From Mobula hypostoma (Eukaryota), in assembly GCF_963921235.1 (NCBI RefSeq), contig NC_086108.1, positions 41,108,001 through 41,172,000 of the forward strand: 64,000 nt of DNA, written 5' to 3'. Both the position numbers and the translations under genes were made by a program. The notes beneath the pieces were generated by a model. That model was not told the origin of the DNA and did not search any database. It saw only the letters and a list, made by a program, of their open reading frames with translations. Below, piece by piece: positions 53,488 to 64,000 of the stretch; positions within the stretch are counted from its first letter, which is position 1; each line of letters opens with the position of its first letter.

Positions 53488-53946
53488 GGTGAACGCAGCA
53501 GGCCAGGCAGCATCTCTAGGAAGAGGTACAGTCGACGTTTCAGGCCGAGACCCTTCGTCAGGACTAACTGAAAGAAGAGCTAGTAAGAGATTTGAAAGTG
53601 GGAGGGGGAGGGGGAGATCCAAAATGATAGGAGAAGACAGGAGGGGAAGGGATGGAGCCAAGCGCTGGACAGGTGATTGGCAAAAGGGATATGAGAGGAT
53701 CATGGGACAGGAGGCCCAGGGAGAAGAAGAAAGGGGAGGGGGAAATGCAGAGGATGGGCAAGGGGTATAGTCAGAGGGACAAAAAGGAGAGAGAGAGAGA
53801 AAGAATGTGTGTATATAAATAAGTAATGGATGGGGTACGAGGGGGAGGCGGGGCATCAGCAGAAGTTAGAGAAGTCAGTGTTCACGCCATCAGGGTGGAG
53901 GCTACCCAGACGAATTTCCAGCATCTGCAGAATTCCTCATGTTTAC
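53488..53946 (-). mobile_element. Penelope-like fragment with inverted tail and 13-bp TSD
   Basis: GTGACTAATTTCT at 53475-53487 and 53947-53959. Near-identical to 32440-32880. The last ~35 bp are in the opposite orientation. Confidence 0.88.
53530..53565 (-). ncRNA. Minimal type I hammerhead ribozyme of a Penelope pseudo-LTR
   Basis: The minus strand reads AGTC-CTGACGA-AGG(GTCTCGG)CCT-GAAAC-GTC-GACT: full core, stems I and II, palindromic ACGT stem III, GUC cleavage triplet. Confidence 0.75.
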
Positions 53947-55570
53947 GTGACTAATTTCTTCCAGTAGCAGGATACCCTACTTCATTCAAACTCCAGCTCA
54001 ATGTTTTCAGTTTCTATTTAATTAATTAATTCCAGCATTTTCTATAATTATTCCATTTTATCTACATATAGGTATTGAGGGTTTTTCTTCCTGGATGACT
54101 CCACCATGGATTTTCCAATGAATACAAAGTGAATCTGAATGAAATTTGTCCTCACAATGGAAATGTCAGATCTGAAGATTTTGTTCCAATACAGCTGAAA
54201 TCGGGTCCAGACCGAACAATGTTTCTGGTGAATGATAATCACTTATCCCAGTGAAACCACTTGTGAGACAGATGTCTTTAATTCTCCAGAGATTACAAGA
54301 AGCTCTAGTTCTCAAGCTTGATCAGTTAACATGTGTTAGAACATCAGAAATTCAAATTTGGCCTGACACAACTGACAAAGAAAATTTGGAGTTAATTAAC
54401 TCAATCAATTGTCAGATGCCATTCTCAAAGTTTAACCATTTTGGCGCTGTTTATTTCCAGCAGGCTGTGAAAGTTAAAACCTGAATCAATGTTAATAATG
54501 ATCATCTGTAGACAGTATTGGGAACCTCTTGTTGAGCACACGTCCACTAAAGCATTCCGTGTTATATTTTCTTCGGCAGGTGAAACAAGTCTGGGTCTTA
54601 GATACTGTATATAAAAAAACTTAGCTGTTCAAATTAGCTTAAACTTGTGGAAACATTCAAGCACTATTTGAATGATTTGAACAATTACATTATCAATTTA
54701 GTAAAACAGTTAAGTAAAAATTAAGGTATTCCATTAGGGTTAATGGCCTCAAATGTGTAATTAATTGGATCCCTTAAAGCTACACCTTTCTGTCAAACTA
54801 GAACCCTGTCTTCTCGTGCCAGGTCCAACCTGGTACACACTCAGCACATAGGTTCCTTAGCTTAAGTTGGGAAGCTCCAGGGAATCTCCACTCCACAGTG
54901 TAGCTCCATGAGGAGAGAGAGGTAAAACATTGTCAGTTAGACAGTGAACAGCAGTCAAGACATCTGGAAAGTTAAATATTTGCTCAGGAATGCCAAGATT
55001 TCTGAATATGCATATAATTTCTAGCTTATCATTGGAAATTCAGGGCCAATATATATGAATGAACCCAAAAATGTCCATTATTGAAATGGTTGAGTTTATA
55101 TATACATGGGATGCGCAATTTTAATCAATATCATGACCTTTCATTATTTGCATTTAGCAGTCCTGTGAAATGAGACTCATGGCAATGGAAAATGCTAACT
55201 CAGAAAACTTGCACAAGGATTGTTATTTTTGAGATGAATTTTAAATTTGGTTGCACAAATTGAGCACTGCACCCACCTGATTTATTATAGATGAAGTTCA
55301 TTAGTGGCAAGGCAATTCAATCTTGATGGAATATCCTGCATTTAAATGTATTTACTACAATATTGACACTGGTACATGCTGGAAGTTCTGTCAGTTATAA
55401 TGCAAAGATATCTTCTTTGATGAGAGGAATAAAACTTTAAAAAGCTGTATGATCTGCTCTAAAATTGATTTATTACAGTGTGGAATAGAGCAATTTAAAA
55501 TAAAACTTTTGGATAAATTTCTGTTTTGAAGTGTAGCCATTAAGTGTGGAAGAAAATGGGTACATATGTC

Positions 55571-58500
55571 TGAAGCACCTTCAATTACTCCAAAAGACTG
55601 AAAGGCTTTTATTCGCTGTACAATACAACCTCCACAGTGAGTATCTGCCCCCGGACTGAGGGGAAGGGGCAAGGCGAACACCTTTATACAGCACTCTGTG
55701 GGAGGAGCCACAGGGGCAGTCAGCAGAGGTGTGTGTCCAGACAGTTAACCAGTTACAACATATATACATGGTTTACCACATTCACCCCTCCTTTTTTTAA
55801 AAAGAGTCCCGCGGGGTGAAGTGACTGACAATATTTACAGGAAGTATATTTACAGGTTAAGTCTATCAGGCGGTCGAGTCCGTCGCTGTGATCTACGTAG
55901 CACCGGCGATGATTGCACCGGCGATGGCGGTTGTGCTGGCTCCGGCCTGACTTCAGGTGCCAGCACGTTAGGCGTCGGTAATCCCTCGTGCGTGTGCGTC
56001 GCGCCCGGTATGGGAGTGTCGTGTGGTGTCTGTATATGGTTTGGGGTGCACGGTGTCTTGTAGGTACATATATTGGTGGGTACGGGGTTAATAGTCACCA
56101 TGGGGTGTTCAGGGTAGGAGCCCGGAGCTCCTGCGGGCACCAGGTCGCGGATGGAGACCGTGTCCTCCCACCCATCAGGTAAAACCACATAGGCATACTG
56201 GGGGTTCGCATGAAGTAAGTGAACCCTCTCGACTATCGGGGAGTATTTATTGCTCCTCGCATGTTTCCGGAGCAGCACTGGCCCTGGGGACGTCAGCCAA
56301 GTTGGTAGGGTGGTTCCAGTGGTCGATTTTCTGGGAAAAGAAAAGAGCCGCTCATGAGGGGTGGCATTGGTGGCTGTGCATAACAGGGAGCGGATGGAGT
56401 GGAGTGCCTCGAGAAGGACCTCCTGCCAGCGGGAGACCGGCAGTCCCTTTGACCTGAGGGCTAAGAGTGTGGCTTTCCACACTGTGCCATTCTCCTTCTC
56501 TACCTGTCCATTCCCCCGGGAATTATAGCTCGTGGTCCTACTGGTCGCAATTCCCCTAGCCAGTAGATATTTGCGCAGCTCGTCACTCATAAACGAGGAC
56601 CCTCTGTCACTGTGGATATAGCATGGGTATCCGAGCAGAGTGAAGAGCTTGCGCAGGGCTTTTATAACTGACGTGGTAGTGGTGTTGGGGCAGGGGATGG
56701 CGAAGGGGGAACCGCGAGTACTCGTCAATTACGTTAAGAAAGTACACATTGCGGTCGGTGGAGGGAAGGGGGTCCTTAAAGTCAACACTCAGTCGCTCAA
56801 AGGGGCGGGTGGCCTTGATGAGTGGTGCCTTTTCGGGTCGGTAGAAGTGCGGTTTGCACTCTGCGCAGACTTGGCAGTCCCCGATCATCATCCTGATCTC
56901 CTCAAGGGAGTAAGGCAGATTCCGGGCTTTCACGAAGTGGAAAAGCCGGGTGACTCCCGGGTGGCAAAGGTCTACATGTAGGGCGTATAGCCGGTCGATC
57001 TGCGCGCTGGTGCATGTTCCCCGGGATAGGGCATTGGAGGGCTCGTTGAGCTTCCCAGGCCTGTACATGATGTCATAGTTGTAGGTGGAGAGTTCGATTC
57101 TCCACCTCAGAATTTTATCATTTTTGATTTTGCTCCGCTGCTGATTATTAAACATGAATGCGACTCAGCGCTGGTCAGTTAGCAGGGTGAACCTTTTGCC
57201 GGCAAGATAGTGCCTCCAGTGCCTTATAGCTTCCACTATGGCCTGGGCCTCTTTCTCTACCGCAGAGTGCCGAATTTCAGGGCCTTGAAGGGTACGGGAG
57301 AAGAACGCCACTGGTCTTCCTGCCTGGTTGAGGGTAGCAGCCAGCGCAAAGTCGGAGGCGTCACTCTCTACTTGGAAGGGAATGGCCTCATCCACCGCAT
57401 CCATTGCTGCTTTGGCAACGTCCCCTTTTATGCGGCTGAAGGCCGCGTGGGCCTCGGCAGAAAGGGGGAATGTGGTGGATTTGACCGGGGGTGGGCCTTG
57501 TCTGCATAGTTAGAGACCCATTGGGCGTAATATGAAAAGAAGCCCAGGCACCTTTTGAGGGCTCTGAGGGTGTTGGGAAGAGGGAGTTCCAACAGGGGGC
57601 GCATACGGTCAGGGTCAGGGCCAATGACTCCATTCTCCACGACACACCCAAGGATAGCAAGTCGGGTGGTCCCAAATACACACTTGTCCTTGTTATAGGT
57701 GAGGTTGAAAGATTTGGCCGCTTGGAGAAATTTTTGGAGGTTGTTGTCGTGATCCTGCTGGTCGTGACCGCAGCCGGTCCATTGCCCTCTGGAAGACAGA
57801 TACACCATTCGTGACACCAAAGGGGACGCGCAGGAATTGATAAAGCCTGCTGTCCGCCTTGAAGGCAGTGTAAGGGCGGTCCTCCCGGCGGATGGGGAGC
57901 TGATGGTAAGCGGATTTTAGGTCTATGGTCGAGAACACCTTGTACTGTGTTATCTGATTGACCATATCCGCGATGCGGGGTAGAGGGTATGCGTCGAGCT
58001 GCGTGAACCTATTGATGGTCTGGCTATAGTCCACGACCATCCTATTCTTCTCCCCGTTCCGAACAACCACCACCTGCGCCCTCCAAGGACTTGTGCTTGC
58101 CTCAATGACCCCCTCCCTGAGCAGCCGCTGCACCTCCGACTTAATGAAAGCTCTGTCCCCCGCGCTGTACCTCCTGCTTTTAGTTGCCACAGGTTTACAG
58201 TCGGGGGTCAGGTTGGCGAACAGTGGTGGGGGAGGGATCCTGAGGGGGGAGAGGCCACAAGTGGTGTCGGTAGTGTGGCAGTTGGCATGATGTTGGGTGG
58301 GATGCGCGGGTCGGTGTGTGTGTGTGGTCAGTAGCGGGGTACGTGACATATCTCTACAAAACAGGGGATTTATGACAGTAATTGGCGGGAGGGGCCCATC
58401 ATACTTCATTGTCACGCTTTTTAGGTGGCTCTGGAAGTCCAACCCCAACAGCACAGGGGCACACAGTTGAGGCAAGACCAGTAACGTAAAGTCCCGATAT

Positions 58501-59893
58501 TCTGTGCCCTGCACCACTAGTGTCGCTACACAACCCCCCCGGATGTCTGTTGTATGCGACCTGGAGGCCCTGGTGACCCTCCGACTTACCGGCTGTATCA
58601 TGAGTCCACAATGCTGCACCGTGGCCGGGTGGATAAAACTCTCCGTGCTGCCTGTGTCGAACAGGCAGCTTGTCCTGCGCCCCTCCACCAGGATGTCCAT
58701 CATTCACCTTGCGAGCTGGTGGGGAGTGCTTTGGTCGAGGGTCACGGAAGCCAGGGTAGGGTCGCTGTCTTGGTCCGGCGTGGTGGGGTGCCCCGTGAGC
58801 ACCCGTTGGTCGTAGGCGGTGGGAGGTGGTGCCGACCAAAATGGCCGCCCCTATGTCTCGCACATGGTAGTGGCGTGCAGGGAAGATGGCGGCAGACAAG
58901 ATGGTGACTCCCACGTCTCGCATGCGGCGCTGCTCGATCCCGCTCGCGGTTTTGACTTACAGACCTTGGCGAAGTGGCCCTTCTTTCCGCAGCTGGAGCA
59001 GGTAGCTTGTCGGGCCAGGCAGCGTTTCCGGGGGTGCTTCTCCAGACTCACGACTGGCGGCAGCCGAGGTCGATTCGCCGGCAGGTTGCGGGGTCCGCAG
59101 CACCCACGAGGCCATCGGGGGATCGCGTGCCTGGAGAGCCTCGGAGTTATGCAGAGCAGCCTCCAACGTATCAGCCAGCTCCATTGCCGAACTTAGGGTA
59201 AGATCGGCTTTTTCCAGCAGCCGCTGGCGCACGTACACTGACCTGGTCCCCGTGACGAAGGCGTCCCTCACTAGGAGTTCTGCATGCTGCGTCACCGTCA
59301 GCTCCTGGCAATTTCAGGCTCGCACGAGCGTCCGTAGGGCCTGGACAAACTCAGCACTCGATTCCCCGGACCGTTGTTGCCGTGTCGCTAAACGGTGCCA
59401 AGCATAGACGCTGTTTATCAGCCACAGGTATTGTCTTTTGAGTGCGTTCATTGCGCCATCGTAGTTCGGCTGGTCTCTGGTCAGCGAATAGACCCGTGGA
59501 CTGACCCTGGAGAGTAGAACTCTGAGCTTCGCTACGGGGTCGGTCGCTTTAATCTCCTCTAGATACGCTTCGAAGCAGGCCAGCCAGAGTTCGAAAGCGT
59601 TTCCAGCTTCAGGTGTTTGCGAATCGAGGTCTAATTTTTCTGGTCTCAGGGCCTGTTCCATGTTTTAATATGTACAGCGAATAAAATTGAAGCACCTTCA
59701 ATTACTCCAAAAGACTGAGGTTTGGTAAAATGCTGAAAGGGTTTTATTCGCTGTAAAATACGACCTCCACAGTGAGTGTCTGCCCCCGGACTGAGGGGGA
59801 GGGGCAAGGCGAACACCTTTAACAGGGGCAGTCAGTAGAGGGGTGTGTCCAGACAGGTAACCGAGTTACAACATATATACATGGTTTACCACA
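55571..59893 (-). mobile_element. Near-complete Ty3/Gypsy LTR retrotransposon, defective
   Basis: LTRs at 55571-55780 and 59688-59893 (TG...CA), TSD ATGTC, and a PPT next to 55781. Gag ATG at 59661, zinc knuckle CSSCGKKGHFAKVC, protease LFDTGS, RT IDLKSAYHQ/PFGV, RNase H SDASD, integrase HVDLCHPG...CAEC and HSDRG. Confidence 0.96.
55850..59661 (-). pseudogene. Gypsy gag-pol, frameshifted, RT catalytic motif deleted
   Basis: ORF pieces from 59314-59661 down to 55850-56728 in PR-RT-RH-IN order. FQRAMDR joins directly to CGHDQQDHD with no YxDD-type motif between them. Confidence 0.9.
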
Positions 59894-60733
59894 ATGTCTA
59901 TTTTGGATAATTCACCCATTGGCAAGGGAAATAAGCAGATACATCAGAGTGAAAGGAAAGCACCTCATCTTATCCATAATCAAATTGTGATTCAGTTGAT
60001 CTGTTGAACATTGTACACTCTATGTACTTTCTTAGATTTGGTCTGGAAATGCTGATGTTTCTTCATGGAATCGTGCATTTCTCGGAATAAGTGCTAGAAG
60101 TACAAAGTTGCAGCAATTCCTTACTCTTTATACCAGGGTATCCAATCAATGAAGTATTCTCGGGTTAGACCCAGTACAGGACACACTTTCCCTAGTATTT
60201 CAATGCAGAAGTGCTGTGATGAATAAATTCATAGATAAGATCGTGATCAAAAGTTCATAATTTTATAATTTTTAATATTTGCTTATTTCAATTTTATTTC
60301 AAACTCTTTTTTAATTCTTCTGTATTTTTGACAGCTTGGTCAGATTAGAGTACATCGTTGGATAATTTTTTTTCTGTTAATTTTTTTTTCTGTGTCAAAC
60401 AATGTGAGAATAGACACTAATGCATGTAGCTTCACAGCTATAGTTGGAGCCAATAGTCTTCTACAAACTGTCCTCCGTATGAATACATATCCTAGATTTC
60501 TGCACTCACCACAGGGGAATCACTGCCTACTGAAGATTTTGGACCAATACTTTAAACTTACCCACAGTGCTTCTAATACAGTGAGAGTAAAGCTCTTGAG
60601 AAGGGCCTGTAATTTAATTACAAAAATAGATGAATTGTAATCAGTCATTTCCTGACATATTTGCTTATTCCCCTATTTCTTAAGTTTATTTTTTTTATCG
60701 ACTTTATGTAAAGCAGAATTGGTGTACTTAGTA

Positions 60734-60752
60734 TGGCCGCTAGGTGGCAGCG
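60734..60752 (+). promoter_or_regulatory. Candidate CTCF site
   Basis: TGGCCGCTAGGTGGCAGCG closely fits the CTCF core consensus and sits in non-repetitive AT-rich DNA. Confidence 0.55.
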
Positions 60753-62479
60753 TTGTACTTATCGGTGGTCTCAGGCAACATTAAACACCTGACTTTGAAT
60801 ACAGCCTCAATGTGAAAAAAAATGCTTAAAATTGGAGTAAAATCACAGTTGTAGAATTTACCTTTTTTCCAAAAATCCAATAAATTCAGTGTTCTTAAGT
60901 TCACAGTTCACTAAGGACAGGAAATATCAATCAGATATTACAGAGAAACTGACAGCTCAGTTACTGATGTTTCATGCAACTATTTTAATGTGATTGTCAG
61001 AGATTTAGTACTCATCCATCATCTGTGAAATTCATAGACTTCTCCATTACAATCAAATAAGAGTCTTCAAACTAAACAGAACTTACACCGTTTATGAGCC
61101 AGTTCCAATACAATGAATATTTAAAGAATGTGATCAGCTGCTTGACCAGACTGATGGTAAAATAGTTGCTGGATATCAGAGATCTCTTTGAACTGACATC
61201 CGACAGATGATCACCATTTCTTTGAGGGAAGGTCTTCCGAGAGGCTGCTCACAATTGGCAAATTCTGAGGTGGTCGTTCCTTTTGGATAACAATTTCAGG
61301 TTCTAACTCTCCTCAGTTTTCTCAAAGTAATCACAGGAGATCAGCACAATAATGCTACGTTTGGAAAGTACTGGTATTGCCCTGAGGCGATTAGGGATTG
61401 TGATTGGACAGTTGGACAGTAGAGTTAAGGGAGATGTTCAGAGAGGTGGGTCATAAGAAGAACTTTGGAAAGAATTGTGGAACACAGAATGCAAGAATCT
61501 TTGTCCTGCAGAGAGACTGTGGAAGGGGAGCACAGATTGGAGGGTTAAAGGAGCCACTGATGGGAGCGTGGAGCTGTAGGTGGTGAAGAAGAGAAGCACA
61601 CTGAAATAGAATGATACTGGAGAGCATGGGGCAGGCTGTTAAGCTGAGCAAATACCATCTTTGTGAGGCTCATCATAGACTAGCTCCTCAGCTTGAGGGC
61701 ACATGGGTTTACCCCAGATAGATCTGCTTGATGATCCTTCTGTTCCTCTGCAGTTGCCAATGGAGCTGTATCATTATTTTCAGTTGTGACTACCTCCTGT
61801 AGCTGTTCTCTTCTCTGTAACCTTAAATAAGCATAGAGCCAGGAAGTAGACCTTCGTCAAACAGTCAAGTTGCAGGAGTACAGCACATTCTTGTCTTAAA
61901 GCCTTCAGTCAATTGGCTGCTCCATTGTGTAGCATATCTCTATGTGCATGGAACCAACCAATACTCTCAGTCAGGGCATAAATTTGCCTCCATTTAATTA
62001 ATGGCCATCTGAGACCATATTTGTCCTCTCAAATAGATTCCCATTCTTCACTGGAGGAGACAAGGTCAAACCTCTCAAGAGCCTGAGATCTGCCATCCCA
62101 CAATGGCATTAAAGATTGGCAACATCAAATGGCTCTTTGGGTTGGTCAAACTGGTTACATCCTATTTAAGAAATTCTAATTAGCCTAGGTATGGTCACAG
62201 TTCAGTGGAATACTCAGTGGACAGAATTGAATTCAAAGTTTTCACTGGCACCAGTAGAGGTCACTATCTCAATGGACAGCAGGCCAGTTTAACAAACCAA
62301 ACTTAATTTGCCTAGTTTTCTTGGACCTCACTAATCCTTTGACTCTGCTGGGAAGGGGTGTGGAATACTGTCCTCAAATTTGGCTGCCCATAGCGATTTG
62401 CTTCTATGGCATATTTGCTCCATGACAGTAAGATACAAGACAACTGTTCTTCAGTGCTAAACAAGGCAGTATCATTGTC

Positions 62480-62790
62480 CCAAGAGAATAAGAGACAATC
62501 TTAAAGAGATTTACAAATGTATGAGGTAGATAGATAGGGTAAATGCTTTTTTTCCCTAAGTTAAGTGGGTCTAAAACTAGAAGTTGTGGGTTTAGGGTGA
62601 AGGGTGAAGTATTCATGGGGAATCTGATGAGGAACTTCTTCAGTTAGAGGGTGGTGCAAGCTAATAGCGAAATGGTGGACACAGTTTCAATTACGATACT
62701 TCGATGTTTGGACAGGTACATTGATGAGATGGGTATGGAAGACTATGGTCTGGTGTAGATGGGACTAGGCAGAAAACCAGTTTGGCATCA
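62480..62790 (+). mobile_element. Decayed CR1 3' end
   Basis: Similar to 11640-11940 and 42960-43290. Confidence 0.7.
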
Positions 62791-62794
62791 ACCA

Positions 62795-64000
62795 AGACCA
62801 TAAGACATAGGAGAAGAGTTAGGCCATTCAACCCATTAAGTCTGCTCTGCTATTTCATCATGGCTGATCCCGGAGGCCATTCAACCCCATACACCTGCCC
62901 TCTTACCATATCCCTTGATGCCCCAACCAATTAGGAATCTATCAACTTCTGCTTTAAATATACCCATGGACTTGGCCTCCACCACTGTCTGTGGCAGAGC
63001 TTTCCACAGATTCACCACTCTTTAGTTAAAAAAATTCTTCCTTACTTCTGTTCTAAAAGGTCTCCCCTCAATTTTGAGGCTGTGCCCTCTAGTTCTGGAT
63101 ACCTCCACCAGGGAAAACATTCTCTCCACATCCACCTTATCAAGTCCTTTCAACATTTGGTAGCTTTCAATGAGATCCCCTTGCATTCTTCTAAATTCCA
63201 GTGAGTACAGGCCCAAAGCTGCCAAACACTCCTCATTTGTTAACACCTTCATTCATGGAGTCATCCTCATGAACCTTCTCTAGACTCACTCCAATGACAA
63301 CACATCCCTTCTGAGATAAGGGACCCAAAACTGTTAACAATACTCCAAGTGCGGCCTGACTAGGGTCTTATAAAGCTTCAGCATTATCTCTTTGTTTTAA
63401 TATTCTATTCCACTTGAAATAAATACCAATATTGCAGCTGCCTTCTTTACCACAGATTCAACCTGTAAATTAACCTTCTGGGAGTCTTGCACGAAGACTT
63501 CTAGGTCCCTTTGCACCTCTGATGTTTGAATTTTCTCCCCATTCAGATAATAGTCTGCACTATCGTTCCTTTTAACAAAATGCATTATCATACATTACCC
63601 AACACTATATTCCATCTGCCACTTTTTTGCCCATTCTTCCAATTTGTCTAAGTTCTGCTGCAATCGCATTACTTCCACAGCACTAGCTGCCCCTCCACCC
63701 ATTTTCTGATCATCTACAAACTTTGCCACAAAGCCATCAATTTCAGTATCTAAATAAGTGACAAGTACAGTAATGTGAAAAGCAGCGGTCCTTGAGGAAT
63801 ACTACTAGTCACTGGCAGCTAACCAGAAAAGACCCCCTTTATTCCCACTCATTTCCTCCTGCCTGTCAGCCATTCCTCTCTCCATGCCAGTATCTTTCCT
63901 TTAAAACCATGGGATTTCATCTTGTTAAGCAGCATCATGTGAGGCACCTTATCAAATGCCTTCTGAAAATCTAAGTAAATGACATCCACTACTGCTCCTT
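62795..64000 (-). mobile_element. CR1 RT and 3' end running off the window
   Basis: ORFs 63022-63252 (LGLYSLEFRRMQGDLIE) and 63397-63591. [11 protein letters not shown] at the window end. GACCATAAGACATAG tail. Confidence 0.92.

Noticed and set aside
54075..54230. Perfect Kozak CCACCATGG with an upstream AG
   Set aside because: The ORF closes after eight codons and all frames from the acceptor hit stops.

Overview
This is a eukaryotic, repeat-dominated window with no recognisable intact host gene. The repeat mix (CR1 LINEs with short tandem tails, Rex1/Babar, Penelope-like elements with hammerhead motifs, V-SINE-like elements, Tc1, L1/Tx1, Gypsy) suggests a cartilaginous fish (inference). The standout is a non-autonomous Ty3/Gypsy (sushi-like) LTR element at 39083-45997 with a TTATT target-site duplication. 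Its gag-pol interior has been almost entirely replaced by intronless, sense-oriented host mRNA pieces: ROCK1-like, CCDC93, two CUL1 segments and an unidentified segment. All junctions from the gag stub to the integrase stub are in frame. Each LTR carries a tRNA-Glu-like cassette, and the primer-binding site looks self-priming. The element was later hit by a CR1 and a solo LTR. The window also holds a second, near-complete Gypsy element (55571-59893), a Tc1 element with a CR1 in its left TIR, several nested insertions and CTCF-like motifs. Host-gene names come from my recall of vertebrate protein sequences, not from a database search.
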